A stretch of 64,000 nucleotides of DNA from an uncultured Candidatus Saccharibacteria bacterium (GTDB lineage: Bacteria > Patescibacteriota > Minisyncoccia > Portnoybacterales > UBA2143): the NCBI GenBank assembly GCA_964403725.1, contig CAYOHI010000003.1, forward strand, positions 14,374 through 78,373, given 5' to 3'. Below, in pieces: positions 29,061-38,726 of the stretch. The translations under genes were made by a program, and so were the position numbers. Every line of letters begins with the position of its first letter. The first letter of the stretch is position 1. Under the pieces are notes generated by a model. The model made no database searches, was not told the DNA's origin, and saw only the letters and a program-made list of their open reading frames with translations.

Positions 29061-30155
29061 TCATTCATCGTCAAGGTCAAGCAACGGACGCTCAACGTCT
29101 TCAACCTCGATCTGAGGATTGCCATCGGTAATCTTAACCACGTCCTTATCGATTTTCTTGAATTCCTTGTTCGCCTTGTTGTAGCTATTAACAGTCGTGG
29201 TCAGATGATTGCCGACTTTTTTCATATAATCATTGTATGATCCCAAATGCCTTCCTAATTTCTCTACTTCCTTGATTATTCCCTGGGCTCTTTCAGAGAT
29301 CTGCTGCCTTCTCAATCCCTGCAGGACAGTCTGCAAATAAGCCAGGAAAGAAGTTGGCGAGACAATGACTACTTTCTTTTTAGCGGCATAGGAAATCAGA
29401 TCGTTGGTATTGCTGGTCACTGCTCCTACTTTGTTGATCAGCAAATCATAGTAAATTGCCTCAGATGGAATGAACATGAAGGCAAAATCCATTGTTTTTT
29501 CTTCCGGCTTTACATATTTGGAAGTCTCATCAATCCTGGTTTTCAGATCGCTGACAAAAGCAGATTCATGTTTCTTCTTCTCTTCAGGATTCTGAGCATC
29601 CAGTATCCTATTGTAATTCTCCAGTGAAAACTTTGAATCAACTGGAATGATCTGCTTATCAACGAAAACAACTGCGTCGACTATGACGCCGTTCTTGAAA
29701 GGATATTGGGTCTTGTAGGATCCTGGTGGCAGGACATTCTTCAAGACTGTTTCTAAATAGTATTCGCCTAAAACGCCGCGCTGTTTGGGATTCTTTAAGA
29801 TATCCTGTAAATTCTTCAATTGGTCAGCAAAGCTGATCACCTGCTTGTTGGTATTATCCAGATTAGTCAACTTCTCAGTAACGCTTTGGATAATCTTGCT
29901 GCTTTCCTTGAATTGGGTCTGGACCGATTTGGCTGACTCAGTCAGCTTGTTATCTACCACCTTGCCAAAATCATCAAACTTATCATAAGTCGACTTGATC
30001 GAATTATCTAAAGAATCTTTCAATTGGCCCATCTGCTGCTGCAGCAAAAGCATAGATTGGCCATCTTTTTTCTCAGGTTTTTTGAGTAATATTAAAATTG
30101 TTGAACCTAGTCCAATAATTACCAACATTAAGAGTGAAATGATAAATATTTCCAT
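29061..30155 (-). CDS. rmuC: DNA recombination protein RmuC
   Basis: N-terminal TM helix and coiled coil. The conserved RmuC core GVLGEYYLETVL...YKTQYPF...IIPVDSKF is present. Confidence 0.8.
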   Translation of the reverse strand: MEIFIISLLMLVIIGLGSTILILLKKPEKKDGQSMLLLQQQMGQLKDSLDNSIKSTYDKFDDFGKVVDNKLTESAKSVQTQFKESSKIIQSVTEKLTNLDNTNKQVISFADQLKNLQDILKNPKQRGVLGEYYLETVLKNVLPPGSYKTQYPFKNGVIVDAVVFVDKQIIPVDSKFSLENYNRILDAQNPEEKKKHESAFVSDLKTRIDETSKYVKPEEKTMDFAFMFIPSEAIYYDLLINKVGAVTSNTNDLISYAAKKKVVIVSPTSFLAYLQTVLQGLRRQQISERAQGIIKEVEKLGRHLGSYNDYMKKVGNHLTTTVNSYNKANKEFKKIDKDVVKITDGNPQIEVEDVERPLLDLDDE

Positions 30156-30195
30156 AAATGTATTTTAGCAGATATGTATTATTTAAACAAACGCA

Positions 30196-30234
30196 AAGCC
30201 CGGTCTGTTACGGACCGGACCGAGCTTTTGTCTT
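30196..30234 (-). terminator. putative terminator after the 30244-30525 ORF
   Basis: CCGGTC-CGTAAC-GACCGG hairpin on the minus strand, followed by a moderately U-rich tract. Confidence 0.35.
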
Positions 30235-30243
30235 TATTAATTA

Positions 30244-30525
30244 TTAAAGAAATTCAGGCTTCACAGGCTCTCTTTTTTTAATCTCTTCAATTGCATCTAC
30301 CCAGAAATCTGCCACATCAAGACACCTGTGTGTCTTGCAATTTTGCACAGCGATTAGGACAAATTGCCGTGCTTCCAAAAGTTCCTTTGTCCATTCTTCT
30401 ATGGCAGAGGAATATTCCTGGAAAGCCAAGTCTTGACGCCGTTGATTTTGATACTGTTGATAAAAAACAAAACTAGCCACCAACAAAGATACAACCGATG
30501 CAACTACGACCAATTTTTTAACCAC
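30244..30525 (-). CDS. small membrane-anchored hypothetical protein
   Basis: 93 aa. N-terminal TM helix (LVVVASVVSLLVASFVFY) plus a soluble domain containing CxxxxC. Confidence 0.4.
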   Translation of the reverse strand: MVKKLVVVASVVSLLVASFVFYQQYQNQRRQDLAFQEYSSAIEEWTKELLEARQFVLIAVQNCKTHRCLDVADFWVDAIEEIKKREPVKPEFL

Positions 30526-30597
30526 CAGATATCCCCTTATATATGAGTTATAGATAAGTTGTTAACTTGCTTCTAATATCAAAACACAAAACATAAA

Positions 30598-31548
30598 TTA
30601 AATCAATAGTTCAGCTACAACAAACAAGACATACAGTATTAACAAAACAGCAGCTTCATTCTTGGTAATCCTTCTCCCTGTCCTGATGAATAGCAAGAAA
30701 AATACAGCTGAAACTATTAAAAACAACCTGCCGATGACAAAAGGAGAAAAATCATTGATAATAATCGGATGAATCAAGGCATCTATTCCTAAAACCAAAG
30801 TTACTGGGAAAATGATAGCACCCATCAGGTTGCCAGCCACCATCCAGCTTTTTCCTTTTTTGGCTGCCTGGATACTGAAAAATATTTCAGGCAAAGCATT
30901 GCCTAGGCTAACTACCAAGATTCCAATCAAAACCAATGGCAAGTTTAAGAAACTGGAAAAATACGTGGCTGAGCGGACAATTCCTTCAGCAGCCAGTAAA
31001 AGCAAAGTTATGGCAAAGATAATTCTAAACAGATGCCCAAATACATCTTTAAATCCCAGCCTTTCTTCCATCTTGTTATACACCTTGCTAAACCTGTCTT
31101 TCTTTCCAAAAAGCCAGAAAGAATACACTAGGAAGGCGAAAATTAAAATTAATCCGTCTTCCCTAGAAATTTCCTTGTCAATCACCAAGGCCATTGGCAG
31201 AAGGGATAATAATAATGTAAAGACAGCTGTTCCCTGGACTGTCTTGCTAGCCAGTCTCAAGCCGTTCTTTGAAACCAAGACTGCCAGGGCCATAGCAATA
31301 GTGAGGTCGATGATATTGCCGCCGATAATTTCACTGAAAGACAGCTGAGGGATGCCATGTAAAGAAGAGCTGATTCCGATTGAAAGGTTCGGCAAAGTAG
31401 AAGCCATAGCCATAGTAAAGAAAGCTACCACAAATTCTTTCCAACCCAAGAATTTGGCCATGATCGTCAAAGAACCGACCAATTTCTTAGAAGCATAGGC
31501 CAAGATGAAAAATGAGATTATGAAGATTAGTAAATATGATAAGATCAT
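30598..31548 (-). CDS. Na+/Ca2+ exchanger family (CaCA, YrbG-like) membrane protein
   Basis: Two alpha-repeat regions, including GNALPEIFFS (similar to GNSAPE). About 10 TM helices. The stop overlaps the start of the upstream P-type ATPase gene. Confidence 0.7.
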   Translation of the reverse strand: MILSYLLIFIISFFILAYASKKLVGSLTIMAKFLGWKEFVVAFFTMAMASTLPNLSIGISSSLHGIPQLSFSEIIGGNIIDLTIAMALAVLVSKNGLRLASKTVQGTAVFTLLLSLLPMALVIDKEISREDGLILIFAFLVYSFWLFGKKDRFSKVYNKMEERLGFKDVFGHLFRIIFAITLLLLAAEGIVRSATYFSSFLNLPLVLIGILVVSLGNALPEIFFSIQAAKKGKSWMVAGNLMGAIIFPVTLVLGIDALIHPIIINDFSPFVIGRLFLIVSAVFFLLFIRTGRRITKNEAAVLLILYVLFVVAELLI

Positions 31549-34199
31549 GTCTCGTGCCTGGCAATAAAGTAATATTTAGTCATTTCAATCAGGAATATAT
31601 TCAGAACCCCTAATCCTAAGATTAGTCCCCAATCAAACATATTCAAAGGAACGGTTTTTAGCAGATTCTGCAAAGGCTCCAGATATATGGCGGCCCAAAG
31701 CATAATTATGCCAAACAACCAGGCTCCGATCAGCAGTCTATTTGAAAAAGGATTGATCTGCCAGATATTCCTTCTTAGGCTCTTGCATGAAAAGACATAG
31801 AACAAGGAATCGATAGTCAAGGCAGCAAATATGATGGAACGGATATGAGCTATCTCATAACCAGAATATTTCAATAAGTAATAGAATAGGCCCAATAGAA
31901 GAACATCTGTGATTATGCCGATTAAAAAGATTAATGTTTTCATTTCTCTGGTTAATAGAGGAACTTTATCGCTCTGTGGTTTTTGCTTCATCAAATCCTT
32001 TTCTTTTGATTCGAAGGCCAAAGCGACATTAGGCAAGCCATCTTCAATCAGATTGACCCACAGGATCTGGACAGCAATAATCGGCAAAGGCCAGCCAAAA
32101 AGCAGACTCACAGCGATTAAGATGATTTCAGTAAAGCTATCTGATAAAAGATATGTGATTACTTTCCTGGTATTATCGATAATGGCCCTGCCTTCTTCTA
32201 CAGCAGCGACAATGATACTGAAGTTATCCGTTAGCAAAACCAAATCAGAGACTTCCCTGGCTACATCCGTGCCTGATCCTAAGGCTACGCCAATATCAGC
32301 TTGCCTTAGGGCTGGCGCATCATTGATTCCATCCCCGGTCATAGCTACGACCTCTCCTCTTTTCTGCCAGGCCTCGACAATCCTTAATTTCTGCTTCGGC
32401 TCAACCCGAGCATAAATCTGGATATCCTTAATCTTCTTTTCCAATTCCTTATCAGACAGTTTAACCAAATCCTTTCCTTCTAGGATATTCTCTTTAGTAA
32501 CCTTAAAGCCAAGCTTTGTAGCTACGGCTTGAGCCGTCAGCTTATGATCTCCTGTGACAATGATCGGCTTCATGCCAGCCTGACGGCACAATTCGATAGA
32601 TTTCTTAGTTTCTTTTCTGATCGGGTCATGCAGGGCAAAGAATCCGACAAAGACCATTCTCTTATCCTTTTCTTCCTTTTCCCTATTAATCTTATCTTCT
32701 TTAGTCTTTCTGTATGAAACAGCCAATATTCTTAATCCTTGCTTGGTCAGATCCTCATATTCTCTCTTTAACTTCTTCAAGTCAGCTAGAAGCAGATCTT
32801 TTTTGTTTCCATTGATATCAATAAAGGAAGACATTTCTAAAATTCTCTCTGGGGAGCCGAGCATGTATAAAACATTGGCCTTATCTGATTTATGCAGCGT
32901 AGCAGCATATTTGTAATTTGAATCAAAGAGAAGCTGATCGATCTTAGGTCGTTCTTTTTCTAATTTCTCCTTAGATATGCCAGCTTGGACCCCGGCCAGA
33001 AACAGAGCCTTCTCAGTCGGCCGTCCCCTGATGATCCACTCTTCAGTCGGTTCTTCAAAGTTCTCAATGAATGATTCGTTGCAAAGCATGCCGATCTTCA
33101 AGATCTTGTCCTTATCATCTGGATCAGTCTCTTTTCCGATAATCTCTGAAGCGGTATGGATTCCAGCCACTTCCATCTTGGCCTCGGTCAAAGTCCCCGT
33201 CTTATCAGTCAGGATTATCGAAGTGCTGCCCAAAGTCTCGGCTGAAGCCAGTTTCCTAACCAATCCTTTTCTTCTCAAGATCCTTTCCATGCCAATAGCC
33301 AAAATGACAGTCATAGCCACAGGCAAACCCTCAGGAATAGCTGCTACAGCCACAGCAATGGATGTCTTGAGCATCATAATGAATCCTTCACCCGTAATCA
33401 GGCCTTCAAAGAAAATCATCAGAGACACAAAGGCGACAATGATGCCAATTGTCTTGCTCAGGATGGATATTTTCCTTTGATAAGGTGTTTTCTTCTCTTC
33501 TGTTTCCTTGACTAGCTTGGCTACTTGTCCCAGTTCTGTTCTTTTCCCCGTACTGACTACTACAGCCTTGCCCCAGCCAGATTCAATAACGGTTCCTAAA
33601 TAGACCATATTATCCCTGTCAGCCAGAGAGATACCCTTATCCAAAGATTCTGTTTTCTTTTCAGCTGCCAGCCATTCGCCAGTCAAAGCTGACTCGTTAA
33701 CCTTTAGGTCATTAGATTCGATTATCCTGGCATCAGCCGATACCTTATTCCCTGCTCGCAGAAGAATGACATCTCCCGGCACGACATATTTCTGAGGAAT
33801 TTCTTTTTCGCTTCCATCTCTAATGACGACTGTTTTTAATTGCAGGAATTTTTTCAATTTATTCAAAGCCTGATTGGCTTTGCTTTCTTGCAGGTATCCA
33901 ACAATAGTATTTAAAAAAACAGCACCGAAAATTACGATACTGTCCGTATATTCCCTCAAAACCAAAGTCACTATTCCAGCAATTAACAGAATGTAAATCA
34001 GAGGGCTTGTTAATTGTCCTAAAAATATCTTTAGTCTAGAAAAGGATTTTTCCACAGGTAATCTATTCAAGCCGAATTTTCTCAATCTTTTCTTAACTTC
34101 TGATTGGTCCAATCCCTTCTTATTTGATTTTAATTCTTGAAAAGTTTTTTCAACTGAAAAACTATGCCAGTTATTTTGCATATGCATATATTGTATCAT
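31545..34199 (-). CDS. P-type ATPase, cation-transporting (P2-type, Ca2+-ATPase-like)
   Basis: DKTGTLT phosphorylation motif, TGES-like actuator region, hinge [22 protein letters not shown], and 10 TM helices. Co-operonic with the CaCA exchanger. Confidence 0.9.
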   Translation of the reverse strand: MIQYMHMQNNWHSFSVEKTFQELKSNKKGLDQSEVKKRLRKFGLNRLPVEKSFSRLKIFLGQLTSPLIYILLIAGIVTLVLREYTDSIVIFGAVFLNTIVGYLQESKANQALNKLKKFLQLKTVVIRDGSEKEIPQKYVVPGDVILLRAGNKVSADARIIESNDLKVNESALTGEWLAAEKKTESLDKGISLADRDNMVYLGTVIESGWGKAVVVSTGKRTELGQVAKLVKETEEKKTPYQRKISILSKTIGIIVAFVSLMIFFEGLITGEGFIMMLKTSIAVAVAAIPEGLPVAMTVILAIGMERILRRKGLVRKLASAETLGSTSIILTDKTGTLTEAKMEVAGIHTASEIIGKETDPDDKDKILKIGMLCNESFIENFEEPTEEWIIRGRPTEKALFLAGVQAGISKEKLEKERPKIDQLLFDSNYKYAATLHKSDKANVLYMLGSPERILEMSSFIDINGNKKDLLLADLKKLKREYEDLTKQGLRILAVSYRKTKEDKINREKEEKDKRMVFVGFFALHDPIRKETKKSIELCRQAGMKPIIVTGDHKLTAQAVATKLGFKVTKENILEGKDLVKLSDKELEKKIKDIQIYARVEPKQKLRIVEAWQKRGEVVAMTGDGINDAPALRQADIGVALGSGTDVAREVSDLVLLTDNFSIIVAAVEEGRAIIDNTRKVITYLLSDSFTEIILIAVSLLFGWPLPIIAVQILWVNLIEDGLPNVALAFESKEKDLMKQKPQSDKVPLLTREMKTLIFLIGIITDVLLLGLFYYLLKYSGYEIAHIRSIIFAALTIDSLFYVFSCKSLRRNIWQINPFSNRLLIGAWLFGIIMLWAAIYLEPLQNLLKTVPLNMFDWGLILGLGVLNIFLIEMTKYYFIARHET

Positions 34200-34213
34200 T
34201 TTTTAAAGAAACA

Positions 34214-34245
34214 AAAAAGCAGCGGAACTTCATGTTTCGCTGCTT
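34214..34245 (-). terminator. rho-independent terminator after the GC-rich small-protein unit
   Basis: The minus strand has an AGCAGCG...CGCTGCT hairpin followed by TTTTTTGTTTCTTT. Confidence 0.55.
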
Positions 34246-34270
34246 TCTCTTTGAGATTCCTCCTCATTAC

Positions 34271-34501
34271 TTATTTTTGAGATTTTTCAATTGCCCTAAA
34301 GGCATCGGCAATAGCCACCGGTAATCCCGGTGCTTTTGTCGAAGCGCCACCAGAAGTGCAAATTCGAACAGCGCGACCCAACGTTCCTTCCCCCTTAGGA
34401 ACCACAGCAGCATACCAATCGCCGTTACCGCCGATACCGATAACTAGCTCATGAGGATTGCGAGCATCCCTGTCATCGGTTAAATACCTTACTTCGCTCA
34501 T
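34271..34501 (-). CDS. small Gly-rich protein with double-glycine-like N-terminal segment (76 aa)
   Basis: Own SD (GAGAGGGAA). N-terminal 25 aa end in ...HELVIGIGG, followed by a Gly/Ala-rich 51-aa tail. G+C-rich. No family recognised. Confidence 0.45.
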   Translation of the reverse strand: MSEVRYLTDDRDARNPHELVIGIGGNGDWYAAVVPKGEGTLGRAVRICTSGGASTKAPGLPVAIADAFRAIEKSQK

Positions 34502-34502
34502 G

Positions 34503-34778
34503 CTAATTCCCTCTCTTATGTGTTACTACGCCAAAAGGTTGTTTTTTTGCCTCGGGATGATCCCCCCGATATTCAAACTCAGCGATACATCCGGGACAAT
34601 TAACATTGACTGTACTACTCATCAAAGTGATCATAATCTTCATTGATCTCCCGCAAGCAGTGATCTCATCTGGAACAGAGCCAATACAAATAATGCCAGA
34701 ACTTTCAACAGTACAACCCAGCCAAGGCGAAAAATCTGGCAATGGACCGATTTTAATAACTTTTTCCTTATCCGACAT
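34503..34778 (-). CDS. small Cys-containing hypothetical protein (91 aa)
   Basis: Own SD TAGGAGTG. Cys residues at GCTV, CIGS, ACGR and NCPGC. G+C-rich. Its stop is 1 nt before the next gene's start. Confidence 0.45.
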   Translation of the reverse strand: MSDKEKVIKIGPLPDFSPWLGCTVESSGIICIGSVPDEITACGRSMKIMITLMSSTVNVNCPGCIAEFEYRGDHPEAKKQPFGVVTHKRGN

Positions 34779-34798
34779 CTTATCACTCCTACTTTGAT

Positions 34799-35425
34799 CT
34801 AAAAGTTTATCACCCCAACCTTGGGCCCAACAGTCAACGTATCAAAGGTATCAGGAAACCAGATGGATTTGCGCGATGACTTTATGCCAGCTTGATTCAG
34901 ATATTCAGCTACGCCTGGTTTTTTCAGTAGTTCATTAGCAGGTGTCGAGGGAGCCCAGATATTACAGTCTTCACAGCTATCACTCAACATTATCGGAAAA
35001 TCTGTGCAATTGATTGTTCCTTCATCGCCAGCATAGGTCCAAGGAGTTCCCTCAATTGAATCGAAGAAGGGTTTTAAACATGAAGGTGAACAATTAATAC
35101 GCCGGACATCTCCGATAAAACCTTTGGCATATTCCGATATTTCAAGAAAAGACATAACAGTACAGCCATGTTTTGAGCGACATCCGTAAAAATACCAAAC
35201 GCCGTTTTTAATATGGAGAATTTCCAGGTGCCAGTACTTTCCTTTGAAGCCTGCTAATCTGGACATCTCGAAGATAAGATGATCAGGGTTGCTTTTAGCT
35301 CCAATTAAAACCAGATATACTCCATCGGTTAACCATTCATCACTTGATTGAGTTTGAAACCAGGCACAGCCAGACATCAAGACAAACACTAAAAAGACCA
35401 TTAAAGATCTTTTGAAATAAAGCAT
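34799..35425 (-). CDS. Cys-rich lipoprotein
   Basis: Lipobox VFVLMSGC. 13 Cys in the mature part. Perfect SD AGGAGG 5 nt upstream. G+C-rich. Confidence 0.55.
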   Translation of the reverse strand: MLYFKRSLMVFLVFVLMSGCAWFQTQSSDEWLTDGVYLVLIGAKSNPDHLIFEMSRLAGFKGKYWHLEILHIKNGVWYFYGCRSKHGCTVMSFLEISEYAKGFIGDVRRINCSPSCLKPFFDSIEGTPWTYAGDEGTINCTDFPIMLSDSCEDCNIWAPSTPANELLKKPGVAEYLNQAGIKSSRKSIWFPDTFDTLTVGPKVGVINF

Positions 35426-35459
35426 GATTACCTCCTGAATTCTGTTTTGAAGTTATATA

Positions 35460-36149
35460 TCAAGTCCGATTATCTTTTTGTAAAAAAACAAATACTCCTA
35501 ATATGATAATTAAACCAATCCATTGGCTAGAAGTCAAGTTTAGGTATCTTGGATCCCCATATCTAAAGAATTCCAAGAAAAATCTTGAAATACTGTAATA
35601 TGTTAAAAATATCAAAAAAAGATATCCTGGTTTTTGAAATCTATCCCTTAAAAACCACAATATTAAAAACAAAATCAAGCCATTGACGGATAAATATAAA
35701 GCTACAGGATGACGTACTATTCCATCAGGCCATAAAATACCCCAAGGCAGATTAGTAATAGTTCCTGGATGATCTTTAATGAAAAAACAGCCCATTCGGC
35801 CGAAAAATATTCCCAGAGCCACGCTTGGCGCGAATAAATCTGCTAATTTTAAGAATTCTTTCTTATTTCTCAAATAATATAGACCTATCAAAACAGCACC
35901 GAATAATCCTCCATAGAACATAAAGCCATGGATTTCAAAAAACAACAAAGAGAATAAACGGGCAAACACAATACTGAATAAGAATATTAGAACAGTTAAG
36001 ATTAAAATTTTGTTTTCTTCAATTCCCTTTTTCTTTCCTTTAAATAGGGCTAATAAGTATCCAAGGAAAAAACCGAGGCCTACCATTAAGCCCCAGGTAT
36101 ATATGGTAATTGACCCTAAATTAAATTGGGTAAACGTGAAATATGGCAT
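35460..36149 (-). CDS. lgt: prolipoprotein diacylglyceryl transferase
   Basis: Seven TM helices. Lgt signature region FFGRMGCFFIKDHPG. N-terminal ...YTWGLMVGLGFFLG. Confidence 0.8.
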   Translation of the reverse strand: MPYFTFTQFNLGSITIYTWGLMVGLGFFLGYLLALFKGKKKGIEENKILILTVLIFLFSIVFARLFSLLFFEIHGFMFYGGLFGAVLIGLYYLRNKKEFLKLADLFAPSVALGIFFGRMGCFFIKDHPGTITNLPWGILWPDGIVRHPVALYLSVNGLILFLILWFLRDRFQKPGYLFLIFLTYYSISRFFLEFFRYGDPRYLNLTSSQWIGLIIILGVFVFLQKDNRT

Positions 36150-37054
36150 TACTTTTTCATCTTAGGAGAATATTTGATCATCAATTCCTTAGCTTTAATT
36201 AATGATTCCTCAAGTATTTCATCTTTTCCTCTGATTAAGATGCTGGGTCCTGGGAAACCTTTGGGTTCAATTACAACATCTCCCTTGATTTTTAATTCTT
36301 GAATCTCTTCATTCTCTTCCTTGTTCCTTCCGACTAGAACTAGATTATCATTAATCCAGAAATGCCTGCCAATTCTCAATAATTTTACATCATGACCTTG
36401 GCAGTCAGGCCAATTGCTCAACATTTCTTTGAATCTTTTAGCAAACTGTATTTCTGTTAAAAGACAGCCTCCAGCTGGCGTTGGATATTCCTTGATTCCA
36501 TATTCATCCGCCAGTTTCATTTGCGGCTTCCTATTCCTGCCTGAAATATCCATTAATTCATCCCTATCAATTAATCCTTTTTCCTCAATAATAGTCGGAT
36601 TCAATAATTTAGCTGATAAGGGCCTTAGGAGATATCCTTTAAGTCCTGATTCTTTTTCAATCAAATTCAAAGCTTCTTTGTTCTGAGACATAGGCCGTTC
36701 GCCCAAGACTTCACCTGTGGCCACAAAGTCGAAATTCTCTTCTTCCATGATGACTTTGGCTTTCTTAAGCATTAAAAGATGGCAATCGATACATGGATTG
36801 ATCGCCTTGCCGTATCCGCGAGGCGGATTTTTGACTATCTCTAAATGGTCATCTGAAAAATCAAATTCCCTGAACTTAATATTTAAATCATTAGCTGCTT
36901 TTTTTGCCTGTTTAGAGGAAAAAAAATAACTGACAAAACTTATGCCAGTCACATCTATACCCTGGTTTTGCAATATTTTTACAGCTAAAATAGAATCCAA
37001 GCCACCTGATAAAAGCACCAGAGCTCTGGCTTCTTCTTTTTTTGTTTTCATCAT
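36149..37054 (-). CDS. PP-loop ATP pyrophosphatase (ThiI-like C-terminal domain, no THUMP), probable tRNA thiolation or sulfur-transfer enzyme
   Basis: PP-loop LLSGGLDS. ATGEVLGERPMSQ resembles ThiI ATGESLGQVASQT. A CxxC (CIDC) is also present. Confidence 0.55.
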   Translation of the reverse strand: MMKTKKEEARALVLLSGGLDSILAVKILQNQGIDVTGISFVSYFFSSKQAKKAANDLNIKFREFDFSDDHLEIVKNPPRGYGKAINPCIDCHLLMLKKAKVIMEEENFDFVATGEVLGERPMSQNKEALNLIEKESGLKGYLLRPLSAKLLNPTIIEEKGLIDRDELMDISGRNRKPQMKLADEYGIKEYPTPAGGCLLTEIQFAKRFKEMLSNWPDCQGHDVKLLRIGRHFWINDNLVLVGRNKEENEEIQELKIKGDVVIEPKGFPGPSILIRGKDEILEESLIKAKELMIKYSPKMKK

Positions 37055-37065
37055 TTAAATCTTGA

Positions 37066-37320
37066 TTATTTCGCAATAAAGACTTGATCGCCTTCTCTGA
37101 CTTGCTGATCAACCTTCAATCCGACTGAATCGCCCTTCTTAGCTTTTTCTACGTTCTCGTGCTCTACCTGCATCGAATCGATTGATTGCTCGAAATCGCT
37201 AGTCGCGCCCTTAACATGGATCTTATCTCCCACACTCAAGCCGCCCTCAGTCATTTCAACCACAGCTACGCCAATATTTGTGAAATAATGGGTAATCTTA
37301 CCAACTAATTTTTCTTCCAT
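37066..37320 (-). CDS. small EF-Tu-domain-2-like beta-barrel protein
   Basis: 84 aa. HYFTNIGVAVVEMTEGGLSVGDKIHVKG resembles the translation-factor beta-barrel (GTP_EFTU_D2-like) small-protein family. Confidence 0.45.
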   Translation of the reverse strand: MEEKLVGKITHYFTNIGVAVVEMTEGGLSVGDKIHVKGATSDFEQSIDSMQVEHENVEKAKKGDSVGLKVDQQVREGDQVFIAK

Positions 37321-37345
37321 TTTTACATAATCACCCCCTTTCGGG

Positions 37346-37417
37346 CAGCCCCACGGGGAATCGAACCCCGGTTACCAGAATGAGAATCTGGCGTCCTAGC
37401 CACTAGACGATGGGGCC
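37346..37417 (-). tRNA. tRNA-Glu (anticodon CUC)
   Basis: The complement reads GGCCCCA-TC-GTCT-AGTGGCTAG-GACG-C-CAGAT-TCTCATT-CTGG..CGGGG-TTCGATT-CCCCG-TGGGGCT-G. The anticodon loop is UU-CUC-AU. No CCA is encoded. Confidence 0.8.
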
Positions 37418-37456
37418 ATAGGATTTAAAACTAACATAAATTATTTAATTTGTCTA

Positions 37457-38725
37457 TTAGACTAATAATTTGCCCGCTTTTTCAGGATGAAGCATAATCT
37501 CTTTTGTAACTTTCTCCATCCTAATGCCACGAGACCCTTTAATTAATACCAAATCACCTTCTTGAATTTCTTCTTGGACTGGAATAGCTGCATCTTCCGA
37601 TTGTGAAAATTCAAATACATTTTCCATGCCTTGCTTTCTAGCCTCTTCAGCCATAAAGATCGATCTTTCACCAACGGCAAAAAGAATATTGGCAACCTCA
37701 GCTGCTTTTTTGCCGACCTGCCTGTGTCCTTCTTCCATATTTTCCCCTAATTCCAGCATATCACCCAAAGCTGCTATTCTCCTGCCTTCACAAGGAAAAT
37801 TCTTCAAAATATCCAAAGCACCCAAAACTGATAATGGAGATGCGTTGTATGAGTCATCAATCAGCCAAGTTTTCTTAATTCCTTTCAGTAGCCTGGTTCT
37901 TCCGGCAATAGTCCTGTATTTTCTCAAAGCGCCGGAAATCTGGACCAGATTAAGGCCGAAATATAGTCCTACTGCTGCAGCTGAAGCTGTAATAGAGGCC
38001 TGGTGCCTGCCCATTACCCTTATTAGCCTGACTGGCACAGTGCTTCCCTCGTGTTCCAGTTTGAAATTAACTCCGAAATCCTTCTTATTCAAATCACCTA
38101 CTGTTAATTCATAATTGCTAATATTCAAGTCAGCCCCATCATCAAAGCCGAAATACATTTTCTTGATCTTATCAGATAATTTTTCACCTGATTCTTTAAT
38201 CGACGGGTCATCATAATTCAAGACCGCTAATCCATCTTTTGGAACAGATTCTACTAACTTAGCCTTTTCTCCAACTAAGCTGCTTTTCCCCGGAAAATGC
38301 TTCATATGGACTGGAAACTGGCCGATTGACGTAAAAACCCCTACTTTGATTGGTATAAAGCTCATTAAATATTCCATATCCCCCGGTTTGGCAATGCCCA
38401 TTTCTAAAACTAGGATTTCCGGATAGTTAGGCTGGTAGATTATCGTAAGCACCGATCTTGTAAATATCTTAAACCAACCCCATAATCCCTTGAAATTAGT
38501 TGAAGGAGAGACATATGAACCAAGGACCGTCAAAGGAACGCCTACCTCATTGTTGTAATTCTTAATATTCCTTCTGACCTTGAATCTTTTCTTTAAAACG
38601 TGGTAAATGGCTTCTTTAGTTCCTGTCTTGCCAGCGCTGCCAGTCACAGCAACAATGGCCGGCCTGTATCGCCAGATAACGATCTTTGCAAATATTTTTA
38701 AAATATATTCTAGTGTCTTTCTCAT
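37457..38725 (-). CDS. murF: UDP-N-acetylmuramoyl-tripeptide--D-alanyl-D-alanine ligase
   Basis: P-loop VAVTGSAGKTGTKE and C-terminal IDDSYNASPLS (matches MurF IDDSYNANP). Confidence 0.9.
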   Translation of the reverse strand: MRKTLEYILKIFAKIVIWRYRPAIVAVTGSAGKTGTKEAIYHVLKKRFKVRRNIKNYNNEVGVPLTVLGSYVSPSTNFKGLWGWFKIFTRSVLTIIYQPNYPEILVLEMGIAKPGDMEYLMSFIPIKVGVFTSIGQFPVHMKHFPGKSSLVGEKAKLVESVPKDGLAVLNYDDPSIKESGEKLSDKIKKMYFGFDDGADLNISNYELTVGDLNKKDFGVNFKLEHEGSTVPVRLIRVMGRHQASITASAAAVGLYFGLNLVQISGALRKYRTIAGRTRLLKGIKKTWLIDDSYNASPLSVLGALDILKNFPCEGRRIAALGDMLELGENMEEGHRQVGKKAAEVANILFAVGERSIFMAEEARKQGMENVFEFSQSEDAAIPVQEEIQEGDLVLIKGSRGIRMEKVTKEIMLHPEKAGKLLV

Positions 38726-38726
38726 A

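Noticed and set aside
31909-33480. Plus-strand ORFs inside the P-type ATPase gene
   Set aside because: Antisense shadow ORFs. The ATPase carries all P-type motifs across the whole frame.
34271-34778. The two adjacent small ORFs as a single frameshifted pseudogene
   Set aside because: Each has its own SD at the correct spacing. The frames are separated by a stop and a start 1 nt apart, which is typical operon coupling rather than a frameshift.
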